From Felis catus (Eukaryota), in the NCBI RefSeq assembly GCF_018350175.1, contig NC_058368.1:162442001-162506000 (forward strand): 64,000 bases of DNA, read 5' to 3'. The notes under the pieces are model-generated. The model searched no databases. It saw only the letters and a program-made list of their open reading frames with translations, and was not told where the DNA came from. This document shows positions 27,537 through 40,640 of the stretch, piece by piece; within the stretch, counting starts at the first letter, position 1; every line of letters begins with the position of its first letter. The position numbers and the translations under genes are program-made.

Positions 27537-28604
27537 CTACCATTGTGACAAAGAAGGCAATAGAGAGACAAGAGGCAAGTTGTAAGTTTTAAGCCTTGAG
27601 GATGAAAAATGTTAGCCCATCTTAGGCACAAATGAACGTCTTAACTCAGATTTAATAATCTTAAATAGCTTTGGCTAAAATAAATTACATACAGTATCCT
27701 TTAGAAGTAGTCCCTATTCTAATTTATATTTCATAACTGAGATTAAAACCATTATGGTATTTTTTAATAAGTAAACAAACGCCTATCTGGTTACAGAACT
27801 TTGGGGGAATGTAAGTGATCAAAATTTCAGAGATTGTAGTTGATCTGATGATCTAACACAGAAGTTTTCAAAGATGCCTAAGTTGTTTATCAACCATCAT
27901 TACTTGTGCTCTTCACCCACTCTTTCAGGTCCTGGGATACACACAAGGATGCAAGTCTGATGCAGTCTTTGCTATCGCTAAAGTTAAAGTAAAAATAAGT
28001 AGGCAATAAATGATTATGGAAATACTTTTTGTTTAGTTCTTCATGTTTCTAAGCCCTTTAAAGGGAATATTAAGTGATAGAGGAGAGTAGTATTAGGTGG
28101 TGAGTAGTTACTTAAAATCAAGTAGGTGTGTACTTTCAGTGAGGAATGTTTTTGGGGAACTGATATTTCAGCAGTGACCTGAGGGTGAAAGGCAATAACT
28201 CGTATGATTATTTCCAGGAAGAGCATTAGAACATAGGTCATAGTTGGCAAATGCTAAGTGCCAGAGAACAGAATGAGCTTCACTAGTAAGAAATAAAGAA
28301 GGGAGTCAATTGAGCCTGGGGGATCAAGTTGGGGTTGGAATTGGGAAAGAAGTTGAGTGAAAGGCAATTGGTTAAGTTAACCAATTGACCAAACAGTGTT
28401 TGAGTTATCAACTAAAATTTCTTATATTCTAGTTTTCCTGAAATATTTTTTTAACTTTAAAAGTGAGCATATACTACTAGGTGATGGACATTCTTGATAT
28501 AAAAAATAAAAGCCAAAATAGCATTTGAGAACTTCATGGAAAAATTTTTCTTCAGACAGTACTTAAAAAAAATATCTGTCTTTAATTGTAAAATTCAAAA
28601 TTAC

Positions 28605-28768
28605 TTCGAAGTACATGTTCAATATTTTCCTGACTGATTAGATACACATCTTTAAAAATAGGAGATGTTCATTTCATTAATTGAACATGAAATTTAAAGA
28701 ACTGAGTTGCACTATGTTGTTCATCTGTAGCAAGGGTGTACACATGGACAATTTATATCTCAGGGTAT
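28605..28768 (-). pseudogene. Candidate degenerate exon YPEI*IVHVYTLATDEQHSATQFFKFHVQLMK*TSPIFKDVYLISQENIEHVLR
   Basis: ttctttttctgaaccccag|A acceptor, GAA|gtaatt donor. Two stops in the best frame. Confidence 0.3.
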
Positions 28769-30000
28769 CTGGGGTTCAGAAAAAGAACAGTTAAGCCTCT
28801 AAACTGTAAGAAGGCTGCCTTTACTTCAAGCAGCAACTGCTATTTTGATTTAACTTAAATCATTTAATAATTTCCAGTAATTTAAGCAAATGCATGTTTA
28901 ATAAAAAACTGTGTATAAATATGAAGTCTAATTTTATATTCATTGCTCAATTGACTTTGAACTGTGCATATGTTCACCTGCTCAGAAATTTCTAGTTGAC
29001 TGATTTGAAAGCTTTTAACCTTTGGAATTCATTAAATAAAAATTTCATCATATGGCCCCAAATAGAAGATTTAATTAATGTTTTTAAAATATTCATTAGC
29101 TGAGTTACATTCATCTTTTTAAGTTTAAGATGCCCCACTGCTAGCTTCTAAGTATTTAGAGTTACAATACAGAAGATGGAGTCGTGATAGTGGTGATTAG
29201 TTACATTTAACAGCAAGCTGTCTCCTTTCTTCTATGCAATTTTCATGTTTCAGACCTCTGGGATTTCTTAAGATAATGTGTAGTAAGTCACAATCTAAAA
29301 TAAATGGATTCTTCATTGCTATACCCATGTTTTATAGCAGAAAAAATAATCTTGAATAAAAGTGGGGAAAAAAAAGTGGGAAAAAAAAATACATAGACAA
29401 TTAACAAATAAAAATAAAAAATGGTGCCATCCATCAGGTAAGCAATACCTGCTAGCCATATGGCTAGGTACTGAATATTCACTGTCTTTAAAACTAAAAG
29501 CTATTATACAATACTGTCACCTCGTATATGCAATGCAGACAGCCAGAGAAATTTGGCTGAGCTAAATGACTAAAGAAGAGGAAGAAACCAGATAACCAGA
29601 TTCACAACCAAGTCTTTATGGTCTCATCCATGGCTCTTCCTTTGTGCCATGTTGCCACTAGAAGACTTAATGTCAGGAACAATGCATTATTGGTCTTGTA
29701 TCATTAGTCTGCTTTGCTTTCATGTGTTAATGGTTATTAAGTTACAATAGTATTATTCATGAGGTCAGTAACCTGGTACTTGTCCTTAGCAGAATATGTA
29801 GCTATTGGGTCCCAAAGAGTGGTTGCTTTAGGGCTCCTTATTTAACCACAAGTAACCAAATGACTGTCTGCATTTTATTCAAGTACAGCAATACTGAGCA
29901 AGAGAAAAAAAAACATATTTCAACATGTATTTTTCCACTCTTTTCCTTTCACTTACCATCTAAAGAGAGTTCTGCCTTTTTTCAGTTAGTGTTTTCTCAC

Positions 30001-30344
30001 CATAAGCTTCTGAGAAGGGCCCCTTTACCAGGAATTTTTGATGTCCTAACGGGGTAAATCAGAAGCCTAGAAACTTCTAGATGGAAAGGCTGTGAAAGCA
30101 AAAGAAGCCCTACAAATTCCTGGTACATAGGTGATGAGGGAGCACAAGGTGCACTGGGCTGAGATGGCCATGAGGACATGGTCGATGGGATTTGGGAAGT
30201 AGATGCAGAATTGATGGGTTGATGAAAGGAGATGTTACTCAATAGTACGGATGGCATACTTGGTTTCCTGGATGATGGGACATTTGCCCAATACCCTGAC
30301 AGGACCAGGCTTGGCCATTTGCTATATGATGACACTTGGTCCAC
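30001..30344 (-). CDS. Candidate exon VDQVSSYSKWPSLVLSG...SVLLSNISFHQPIN...RLLIYPVRTSKIPGKGALLRSL
   Basis: The ORF-track ORF 29997-30344 starts exactly at a ttgacag|G acceptor and runs open to an ATG|gtgaga donor. 344 nt, phase 0 to 2. Locally GC-richer than its flanks. Confidence 0.55.
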
Positions 30345-30580
30345 CTGTCAACGCAGACTGGAACTTGCTGAGCATGCCTAGCATAGTGCAGCTACACTGT
30401 AATGTCTCAAAGAGTTACAAGGAAAGGTGACTGATCATCATTACTGTGGATGGTCTTGGGTGTAAAAGACTGAGGCAAGTTATTTGCCCCATAGTGGAAG
30501 AAGGAGTAATAAGATTTATGTGTGTATCATAATTAGGGTTAGAGGCACCCAGACTTTCAAAGCTATTCAAAAACAGTGAT

Positions 30581-30646
30581 TTTTTTATTATGAAATTTAT
30601 TGTCAAATTGATTTACATATAACACCCAGTCCTCATCCCAACAGGT
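30581..30646 (-). mobile_element. Extremely 5'-truncated L1_Fc insertion (about 65 bp)
   Basis: L1 3' terminal sequence flanked by the 12-bp TSD aaaaacagtgat. Confidence 0.85.
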
Positions 30647-31381
30647 AAAAACAGTGATCTTATCAGAAATAGTATCTGATAATGGCTTTTCTTTTTGAAC
30701 ACAATGTGAGGTACCCTATTAAAATATCTTTCTTTCTAGGAGGGCTATTAGAGTTCATTCACTTTCTTGGGTAAATAACTTACTAGATAATCCATATATT
30801 TTACTATCTTTAAAAAAAAACAGTCCCTAAAACAGCACTCTTTAGTTTTAAAAATAGATTAAACTAATTGGTCTATTGTAAAATCAGTGTAGATTTCATG
30901 TAGATCATGTCTACTTGAGATAAACGCCACTCCAAAGCTAGACCCAATGGGTTACGTTGATAAAGTTTACAAATGCATAAAGTAAATGAGCAGCTAAACT
31001 AATGAGAAGTGGAATAGCAGGGCTGAGAGAAGGTAGAATGAGGTTAGGTGAAAAAATATTGAACAACCTAACCCAGCAAACTCTGACCTCTTATAGCAGA
31101 AAAAGAAACTAGAACTTTAATTAATCAGAGGAATAGTACGAGTTAAACCCATTTATTGGATTATTGTATTTTTTTTTCCCAACAGACATGTACAGAACAG
31201 ATAATAAAGTATATTAGGGCATTGTATTTGAAGTCCAAGTCATTACTTCTGGAATCTCATTTCAGAGTTATACATTAGAACTGGGAGGGCAGTACCACTC
31301 TCTGAGGAATCACATGACTAGATGAATGTGCAAAGTAGACCAGAGACATAAATTTGTTTTGTCTCAGCCAGTTTGGCTTAC

Positions 31382-31513
31382 TCTCAGTGCTATATAAGTC
31401 ATTGCCAAAACAACATTTTCTTGATGTCGGTGGAGACATAAATCAATTGTAAACAATTTGATAAAATGGACAAAATAATATTATGCTAATTTTAAGATGT
31501 GCTTGAAAGATAC
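31382..31513 (-). pseudogene. Possible degenerate exon VSFKHILKLA*YYFVHFIKLFTIDLCLHRHQENVVLAMTYIALR
   Basis: tttattag|G acceptor and AGA|gtaagc donor. 132 nt, phase 0 to 0, one stop. Confidence 0.2.
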
Positions 31514-32269
31514 CTAATAAAGCTTTATGTTTGAGTGTTTGATGGCAGTTTTATGTAAACAATAATTTTCTACAGAGATACAAAATGCAGTAAATGGAAT
31601 TACCTTTACTGCATTAAAATAGCATGAGTACTCTGGTTACGTTGCATGTCTTATACTCAGTAAATTAATTGCTATAAACTATTTCAGAAATAAATAAAAC
31701 TGAAAGTTACTTCATTTTAGTTCTGCTTTCAAGATAAAAACAGAGCAAACAGTGTTTGAAAAACAAGGTGTTTCATTACTCAAGTTCTGCTCTTGGGACA
31801 TGTTCACAGTACAGTTACTCTCTATGTAAGATGGATAGTTACTTGGGTTGCTCAAATATGAAACTTTATCAGGCTTGCCAGGTGATTATTAAGTGGGCAT
31901 AATAAATTCACCAATTTTTACAAGTATTTTATTTGGGAGATAATGATCATAAAAGTGGATATCTAACCACCTTGGCTAAACTGACAAATTTTTACTGTAC
32001 CACTTTTGTAGACACAAAGGCAAATTTATAAATCTATCGTAACTATAAACATATTATTAAGGGCAATATTTCAATCTGATTACGTGTATCAAATTCCCAT
32101 GTTGTACACAGTTAAACATACAGTGTTAAATATTCATTATACCACAATAAGTTTTGGATTAAAGAATATTTTTAAAATTGTGAAAGTAAATTTATAAAAT
32201 GTTTATAATAATGTATTAGTTATATTTCTCAGATCTAATTAATTACCAATATCTGATTCCAGGAAGGTT

Positions 32270-32483
32270 TTCTTTTTGTTTGTTTGTTTTAATCTTTTTT
32301 TTTTTCAACTTTATCTTAGAGAGCCTGAGTAGGAGAGGGGGAGTGGAAGAGAGAGAGAATCTCAAACAGGCTCCAAGCTCAGTGTAGAGCCCAGTGTGAG
32401 GCTAGATCCCGGAACCCTGGGATCATGACCGAAGCCAAAATCAAGATGGGGATGTTAAACTCACTGAGCCACTCAGGCACTCC
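32270..32483 (-). mobile_element. Can-SINE
   Basis: Reverse SINEC. Imperfect TSD aggaag(g/a)ttttct. Confidence 0.9.
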
Positions 32484-32767
32484 TAGGAAGATTTTCTTCT
32501 AAACAATATTTGAAAAAAATATGAGGGGAGTTAAATTATTTGAGATCTTCATCACTCTGTGTGATAGAGTATAATATAATCCTGAGCTCTCAGTAGTCAT
32601 GTGGAGGCATTTCTGATTTGTTGCAACACTTGAAAGGATTCTGGCATATTTTCTAAATGATAACACAGAATAAGGGATCCCTGATGAAAAATTAGCTGGT
32701 ATCTTCTCTTACTCTCTTTTTCTTTAAAGTAAAAAATAGAAAGTAAAGCAAAATGAACCGAACTCAC

Positions 32768-32950
32768 ACCTCACTGTTCTTAACTGTTAAACCGCCAGAG
32801 TTTTTCAATTTCTCTAGGGTGTCAAATAAGCCAGCTTCCCTATCACAATGAATGGTAAATTCCTGTGTGGGTATTATATCTCTACCTTTACCAAAGGTTA
32901 CAGGTTCTAGACTAGTCCACTTGGTGTAAATATATATGGTGTTCAAATGT
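32768..32950 (-). CDS. Candidate exon HLNTIYIYTKWTSLEPVTFGKGRDIIPTQEFTIHCDREAGLFDTLEKLKNSGGLTVKNSE
   Basis: tgtatttcttgcaag|A acceptor. Tandem donors GAG|gtgtga (32770, phase 0) and GGT|gtgagt (32768, phase 2). Open frame. Confidence 0.55.
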
Positions 32951-33844
32951 CTTGCAAGAAATACATCAAGTAGAGATTGATGATGTCCTGGTTGACTTTG
33001 GGTAAATATTGACCAGCTGACAGAGATTTTAGCAATTTTATTACAATATTAGGGCCAGAAATGTGCCAAAAATGTAATACTAAATTTATATATGCTAGTA
33101 TAGTTTTGAAAAACAGGCTGCTGCTATCTACTGATTTGGCCACTTCTATCTGATGAGTAGTGCCCTTTCACCATGTACTAGATAAACTATAACTCTTTAT
33201 GTCTACATCCAGACCTCAGCTACCGTAGAAAACTGATTCTGATCTGTTCCACTTACTACTCCTGGAATGCTCTTCATTTCTCTACACCCCTGCTGCCCAT
33301 AAACCTGAAGATACTCTTTTACTACCTAAGGAGGTTAAACAGGTACTCATTTAGTAGACATTTCTCCCATTTCCACAAATTTCAGATACAGTTCTCAAAT
33401 TTCAGGTGGAATCTCTTTCTCTTCTGTACTCCCACTGTTTGCTCTACCTAAATTTATTGTAAAATTTCTAACCTTTTTGCATGCGTTACCTGCTTTGTCT
33501 GCTAGCAGTGCAGCTTTGCTACACTTTCTGAAAAGTAACTCTTTCAAAGGCAGGTAGCATATTTGTAATTAAAAATAAGTGTTTAGCACAAGCAAAATAA
33601 ATGGAAGCAAAATGGAGATGGACTCCTTAATGTCTATTATTGGATTTATTATTTTCCTATTTCCCTCTCCAGAGCCATACAACATTCAACTGAGTCTACA
33701 AGTGGGTCTTGAAAGACAAATCTCAGAATTGATATTCTCAGAATTCCACTGTCTTTTATCAGGCAAATGCTAAGGAGCCTGCAACATAGGATACAATAGC
33801 CTTTCTCAGCAAAAGATGTAAACAAAAACAAACACAAAAACAAC

Positions 33845-34080
33845 CATCAGTGGCTCTAAAGGTGATATGAGCCAATACTGCTGCTTTAGTCCCATCAGAA
33901 GCCCTATAGGTGCCAAAATGCAATTTATACTCTTCAGAGCTGTATTTGTTCATGTTTGCTGCTGCAATAAAAAGCCCCACTGTGTTGAGAAGGGAATGCC
34001 TATCCCCCACTCCTCCTGATGGCACTTAGACCAGAGATGTGCCCTTGGGGAGAGAAATCTGCCAACTTACTAGCTATTCC
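33845..34080 (-). pseudogene. Candidate degenerate exon E*LVSWQISLPKGTSLV*VPSGGVGDRHSLLNTVGLFIAAANMNKYSSEEYKLHFGTY...
   Basis: Strong acceptor ttttacttcctttatctttcag|G, weak donor ATG|gttgtt. Two stops, then a long open stretch (ORF 33759-34025). Confidence 0.35.
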
Positions 34081-34294
34081 CTGAAAGATAAAGGAAGTAA
34101 AACAAAATAGACAGAAAACACAATGACAAAAAGTCAACTTTTTCTGCTGCTCCTGACTATAAAACTACAACCTTAAAAAAAAATCCTGAAGAAAAAAATA
34201 ATTTGAAAGGGTCAACAAGACTTTCAGATGCTTTTCTACTTAAATTATCTCACAAAATAATAGCATGCATCCAATATAAAATTGCATATTCAGT

Positions 34295-34599
34295 GCTACA
34301 TCCTGAATTGTGTATCCCCCCAAAGTTCCTCTTTTGAAGCCTTAGCTCCCAATATAACTATATTTGAAAATTGGGCCTATAAGAGCTAATTGGCATTAAA
34401 TGAGGTTATAAAAGTGGGGCCCTGATAAGATAGGACTAGTGTCTTTATAAAAAGAGACCTCATAGTATTTGGGGGCACCTTGGTGGCTCAGTTGGTTGAG
34501 CATCCAACTCTTGGGTTCAGCTCAGGTCATGATCTCATGGCTTTGTGGGTTTGAGCCCCACATCGGTCCTTGTGCTAGCAGCACAGAGCCTGCCTGGGA

Positions 34600-34666
<67 letters not shown>

Positions 34667-34760
34667 TCTCTCCCACTTGTGCTGTTTCTGTCTCTCCCAA
34701 AATAAATAAACTTTAGGGGAAAAAAGACCTCAGAATTTACTTTTACTCTTGTCCCTTTGG
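34295..34760 (+). mobile_element. MaLR (MLT1A/MST-like) LTR fragment with an inserted SINE
   Basis: tgcta...tgaattgtgtatcccccaaa...gactagtgtctttataaaaagaga. Confidence 0.7.
34470..34712 (+). mobile_element. Can-SINE with long (CT)n
   Basis: SINEC body, (CT)n at about 34607-34664. Confidence 0.9.
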
Positions 34761-34784
34761 GTTTTTTCTGCTCAATTATGAACT

Positions 34785-37700
34785 TTTTAAATTTAATTGA
34801 AAGATTACTCTCAGGTGTACAATGTTATGATTTGACATTGGTATAATAGCAAAAGGCCACAGTAAGTCCAGTTAACATCCATCACTACACATAGTTAAAA
34901 TATTTGTTATCTCATGATGTTCCACTCAAATATTCAATACAGTATTATAGCCCCCATGCTGTGCATTACATCCCCGTGACTTAACTGATTTTATAACTGG
35001 CAAATTGTTCCTTTTGATCCCCTTTACCAATTCATTCACTCTCTACCCTCTGTTTCTGACAACCACCAATCTGTTATCTATATCCATGGGCTCAGGTTTT
35101 GATTTCATTTTTTGTTTTTCTAGATATGACATATAAATGAGATCATATTGTATGTCTCTTTCTGTATGACTTATTTCACTTAGCATAATGCTTTTAGGGT
35201 CCTTATATATTGTTTGCAGCTGAACAATATTGGTGTGTGTGTGTGTGTGTGTGTGTGTACCACATTTTCTTTATCCATTCATCAATCAATATTTAGGTAT
35301 TTGTAGGTCTTTGTTATTATAGAGAACACTGTAAGGAACATGGGGGTGCATGTATCTATTTTGGTTAGTGTTTTCATTTTCCATAAATACCCATAAATGG
35401 AATGACTAGATCATATTGTAGTTTAATTTTTAATATTTTTTGAGGAGACTCCATACTGTTTTCCATAGTGGCTGCACTAACTTACATTCCCACTGTCAGT
35501 GCATGAGGATTCAGTTTTACCCACATCTTTGCTAACACTTGTGTTTTCTCTCTCTGTTTTGGTAATCACTATTCTAGCAGGTTTAAGGTGGTAATTTATT
35601 GCAACTGTGATTTGTATTTCCCTGATGATTAGTGATGTCCACAATCTTCTCGTGTACCTATTGCACGTAAGTATGTCTTTATTGGAAAATGTTTATTAAG
35701 ATCCTCTCCTCATTTTTAGGTTTTTTTTTGTTTGTTTTCTGCTATTGAGTTGATGAGTTCCTTACAGATTTTGAATATTAACCCCTTATTAGGTATGATT
35801 TGTAAAAATCTTCTTCCATTCCACAGCTGACCTTTTCATTTTGGTGATGGTTTCCTTGGATATACAGAAGCTTTGTAGTTTCATGCAGTCCCACTTACTT
35901 TTTTTGTGTTTTTTTTGTTTGTTTTTTGCTTTTATTGCCTTTGCTTTTAGTATTTTATCCAAAAAGTTACCTCCAAGAACAATATACCAAGGAGCTTACT
36001 GCCATTGTTATCTTTCAGGAGTTTTAGGGTTTCAGCTCTTACATTCTTTAATCCACTGTGAATTTATTTTTGTGTGTAGTGAAAGTTAGTGGTAGGGTAT
36101 CATTCTTTTGCATGTGGTTGTCTAGTGTTCCCAGCACCATTTGTTGAAGACTACTACTCTATCCCCATTGTATTTTCTTGCTGTTTTTACCATAAACTAA
36201 TAGACTATGTATGTGTGGGCTTATTCTTAGCCTCTCTATTCTGATCTATAAGTCAGTTTTTATGCCAATACCATACTGTTTTGATTCCTACAACTTTTTA
36301 ATATAGTCTAAAATCAGGGAGTGTGATGCCACCAGCTTTGTTATTTCTTAAGATTGTTTTGGCTAGTAGGGGTCTTGTATGGTTCTTACAAATTTTGGAA
36401 TTGTTTGTTCTAGTTCTGTGAAAAATGCCATTGAAATTTTAATAGGATTGCATTGAATATGTAGATTGCTTTTGGTAGTAAGGACATGTTAACACTATGC
36501 TTAATATCCATGAGCATGGAATATCTTTGCATTTAATTGTGTCTTCTTCATTTTTTTTAATATGGGTCTTACAGTTTTCAGTGTATATGTCTTTCACCGC
36601 TTTAATTTTTTACTACATATTTTATTTGATGCAATTGAAATAGGACTGTGTTCTTAATTTCTTTCTGATACTTCATTAATACAGTATGGAAACACAGTTT
36701 TTGTGGATTGATTTTTGTAATCTGCAACTTTAGTGAATTCTTGCTGAATTCTAACAATTTCTTGGTGCTTAAGAATTCTATGTATAATGTCATCAGCAAA
36801 TAATGACAATTTTCTTTTTTTCTAATCTGTTTTCCCTTTTTCTGAACTAACTGATTTGACTAGGACTTTCAATAATATGTTGAAGTATCAAGAGTGGGTA
36901 ATAATTTTTTGTTCATGGTCTTAGAGGAAAAGTTTTCATCTTACCACACCCAAGAATGATGTTACCTCTGGACAGGTCATATATGGCCTTTATTATGTTA
37001 AGGTACATTCCCTCTATACCCACTTTGTTGAGCGTTTTTATCAAAACTAGATGTTGAATTTTGTCAAATCGTTTTTCTGCATCTATGGAGATTATCATAT
37101 GATTTTTATCCTTTATTTTGTTTATGTGGTATGTCACGTTGATTTGTGGATGTTTAACCATTCTTGCATCCCTGGAATAAATCCCACTTGATTGTGATGT
37201 ATGATCCCCTTAATGTATTTTTGAATTTGATTTGTCAATATTTTGTTGAGGATTTTTGCATCTATGTCCATCAGGGATATTGATCTGTAATATTCTTGTG
37301 GCATTCTTGTCTGATTTTGCTATCAGGGTAATTCTGGTCTCATAAAAATCAGTTTGGAGGTATTCTCTCCTCTTGTATTTTTTTTTTTCAACGTTTTTCT
37401 TTCTTTTTGGGACAGAGAGAGACAGAGCATGAACGGGGGAGGGGCAGAGAGAGAGGGAGACACAGAATCAGAAACAGGCTCCAGGCTCCGAGCCATCAGC
37501 CCAGAGCCTGATGCGGGGCTCGAACTCCCGGACCGCGAGATCGTGACCTGGCTGAAGTCGGATGCTTAACCGACTGCGCCACCCAGGCGCCCCTCCTCTT
37601 GTATTTTTTGAAAGAATTTGGGAAGGATTGTTATTGATCTTTAAATATAGGGAAGAATTCACCAGTAAAGCATCAGATACTGGACTTTTATTTGTTGAGA

Positions 37701-38630
37701 GTTTTTTGATTACTGATTATTAGTTATATGTCTGTCCATATTTTCTATTTCTTCATGATTCAGTCTTGGAAGGTCCTATGTTTTGAGGAATTTATGCATT
37801 TCTTTTCATTTGTTCCAATTTGTTGATACTTTATTTTTATAGGCTGTTATGATACATTGTACTTCTGTGATATTAGTTGTATTTCATTTCTGATTTTGAG
37901 TACTCTTTTTTTTTTTGATGGGTCTGGCTACCACTTCTCAATGTTGTTGATCTTTTCAAAGAACCAGCTCTTAGTTTCATTTAACTCTTTCATTGTCTTT
38001 TTAGATTTTTTGTACTTTTCATTTACTTCTTCTCTGTTCTTAGTTATTTCCTTCCTTCTACTAGCTTTGGGCTTTATTTGCCTTGTGCTAGTTTCTTGAG
38101 TTGGAAAGTTAGGTATTAGAGATTTTTCTTCTTTTTTTGAGGATTTTAACACTAGGAACTTGCTTTTAGAACTGCTTTTAATGTATTCCATAAGTTTGCC
38201 ATATTTTATTTCTATTTTCCTTCATCTCAAGATACTTTAAAAGTTTTCTTACTTTTTTCTTGTAATTGACTTCTAGCTGTATACCACTGTGGTCTGAAAA
38301 GATGTTTCATATAGTTTTAATCTTCTTAACTTTTTTAAGAATTGTTTTGTGGCCTAACATATGATCTGTCCTGGAGAATCTGCCATGTGCACTTGAGAAG
38401 CATGTGTACTCTGCTGCTTTGGATAGTATATTCTCCATATGTTTAGTCCCTCTGGTCTATCATGTCATGTAAACTCGTGTTTCCATATTGATTTTCCATT
38501 TGTGATTTCTGCATTAATAAAACTATGGCATTAAATTGTACTACTATTTCTCATTTTAGATCTGTAAATGTTTTACATATTTAGGTGTTCCTATGTTGAG
38601 TACATAAATATTTACAGACGTTACTTCCTG
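34785..38630 (-). mobile_element. 5'-truncated older L1 (L1MA/L1_Carn-like)
   Basis: RT fragment ORF 36913-37161 ([19 protein letters not shown]) and 37928-38191 ([12 protein letters not shown]). Confidence 0.9.
37378..37592 (-). mobile_element. Young SINEC_Fc inside L1
   Basis: TSD ctcctcttgtattttt, CpG-rich. Confidence 0.95.
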
Positions 38631-38833
38631 ACTGCTAGTTTACCTCTTGCAAAAGAATTATACATCCTATCAAGTTGTAGATTTCCATTTGTCTGAATGC
38701 CAGCTAAAATATTTACTTAATGGCCTGTTTTCCATATAACTAGAAAAGATGTTGTAAAATGATTAAGTGTACTACATAATGTAGAGTCCTATAGATATTT
38801 TTAAACCTTCCAATATAACAAAAACACTTAGAC

Positions 38834-38834
<1 letters not shown>

Positions 38835-38880
<46 letters not shown>
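38835..38880. repeat. (TA)n(TG)n microsatellite
   Basis: Seen directly in the sequence. Confidence 0.95.
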
Positions 38881-38882
<2 letters not shown>

Positions 38883-39130
38883 ATGTCTATACTTTAACTA
38901 AAAAGCATTTAAAGACCTCTTTTGCAGGGTTATAAGTTGTTTGGTTGTGTGTATATAACCAGATTTTAAAATTTATTTCTCAAATGTGGCAACCTATATT
39001 GGAATGAGCAACCTATATTAATAGGTAACCAAACTTGTATCAGCTATGTTCTCCTTTGAAAATTAAAATGAAAATTTACACCTTAATTTGGGTGGACACT
39101 GTCAGAGAACATGCTGTCTGATATACTTAA

Positions 39131-39355
39131 ATTTTTTTTTACATTTATTTATTTTTGATAGAAAGAGACAGAGCACAAGTCGGGGAGGGGCAGAGATAAA
39201 AGGAGACACAGAATCCAAAGCAGGCTCCAGGCTCTGAGCTGTTGGCACAGAGCCCAAAGCAGGGCTTGAACTCAAAAACCGCAAGATCATGACCTGAGCT
39301 GAAGTCGGACACTTAACCAACTTAACCACTTAACCAACTGCAACCCAGTTGCCCC
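39131..39355 (-). mobile_element. Can-SINE
   Basis: Reverse SINEC with a short internal acttaacc(a) triplication near the head. Confidence 0.9.
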
Positions 39356-39981
39356 TGATATGCTTAGTTAATTGAAGCATCTATTTAACTCCAATTACTT
39401 GGATAAGGGAAAATGTGGATTGAATCAACTTATAAATTAATAAGGTAAAAACGTGTATAGTATTATTTAATCAATACATACCTTTATGGAACACATGGAT
39501 TCCTGGGCCATGTTCAGTTCAGAGAGAACCTTTGTCAGCATTATGATTTTTCATTATGACTATAGCAAAAAACTCACAAAGTAGAATGCCAATATTATTC
39601 ATTAGCTTTTGGACTTAGATTTGCTTAACACTATGTGATTGTATCATTGTCTTTCCTTTGATTGTACTACACAACACTTTTTAAAGTACTATTTGATTTG
39701 CTGTATGGTTTAAACTTTTGAAATTTTTTTTCCCAGTAAGATGTACTACCTATATAGCCTTGATACTAAAGTTCTTGATACTGAAATACTCTTGAACATA
39801 TCATCAGGATTATCGACTTGAGTCCTATGCATGTGGAGTTAATTGAAAATTATAAAATGTAGTCCTTTTAATCCAGGAATGTAAAAATAAAAAAAGATGG
39901 GGTCAGTAAAAAACGGATTTTCATATATTCAAATATTCCATGTTTCCAAAGCCTTGCTAGAAAAAAAAAATGAAGCATTAC

Positions 39982-39999
39982 CTGAAAGTATGTTGAAGT
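39982..39999 (-). CDS. Candidate 18-nt micro-exon (ACTTCAACATACTTTCAG)
   Basis: T-run then actgtag| acceptor and CAG|gtaatg donor. Frame-preserving and open in all three frames. Confidence 0.35.
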
Positions 40000-40334
40000 C
40001 TACAGTAAAAAAAAATGCTATACAGTAATAATTTTAAGTTATTGTAATCTCCTTCCTTCCTCAAGGTGTTATAAATCATAATGTCGATGAACTAGAGCTT
40101 CATTATTCTCTAAACATAAATAATAATGAGTTCTGGATGAGTAGGCAAGGGGATATTTGTAAGACTATTTAAGTGTGTTGATTTAGAGTAGTCAGTGAGC
40201 TCATAAAAGCACAGAAGACAACTGAAGGTAAACAGCATGAAACAGATATGGTAATTTCACAATGGTTCTTCTCTTGATGCTTGAAGGATATGCACAGCAT
40301 ATGGGTAAAGAGTCAACACTGCCTCAGGAAAAGG

Positions 40335-40640
40335 AGAAGGTATTAGTCAAAGGGTACAGTTAAACAAGATGAGTAAGTCCTAGAGATCTGCTGTACAGAA
40401 TAGTACTTCTAGTTAACATAAAATCTACCTTGTCAGAAAATTATCTCATATACAATATTAAGTGTTCTCATCACAAATACTAACAATAATAGTGGCAGGA
40501 AAAAACCTTTAGACATGATGGATATGTTTATGGCATGGAATGTGGTGATGGATATTTATCTCCAAATTTGAGTTATATACATTAAATGTGTACAGCTTTT
40601 GTAAATCAATCATACTTAAATACAGTGATTTTTTTAAGTA
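40335..40640 (+). mobile_element. Old L1 3' end fragment
   Basis: agtcaaagggtaca...agatctgctgtaca...aagtgttctcatcacaaa. Confidence 0.7.

Noticed and set aside
29452..29467. 16-bp perfect palindrome ctagccatatggctag, and an 11-bp-stem hairpin at 3411-3440
   Set aside because: Isolated and short, with no associated element or RNA-gene context.
30001..30400. Processed pseudogene or Ty3/gypsy RT remnant in an alternative frame (PIIQETKYAIRTIE*...IYFPNPIDHV...FLGF)
   Set aside because: That frame has stops, no YxDD motif, and no poly(A) or TSD. The fully open frame coincides exactly with splice sites, so an exon is the simpler reading, though not proven.
32768..32950. Resemblance of GRDIIPTQEFTI to ADCY10 (GRDFIPYHHFTV) or to a PLAT domain
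   Set aside because: The similarity does not extend to flanking residues or other exons.
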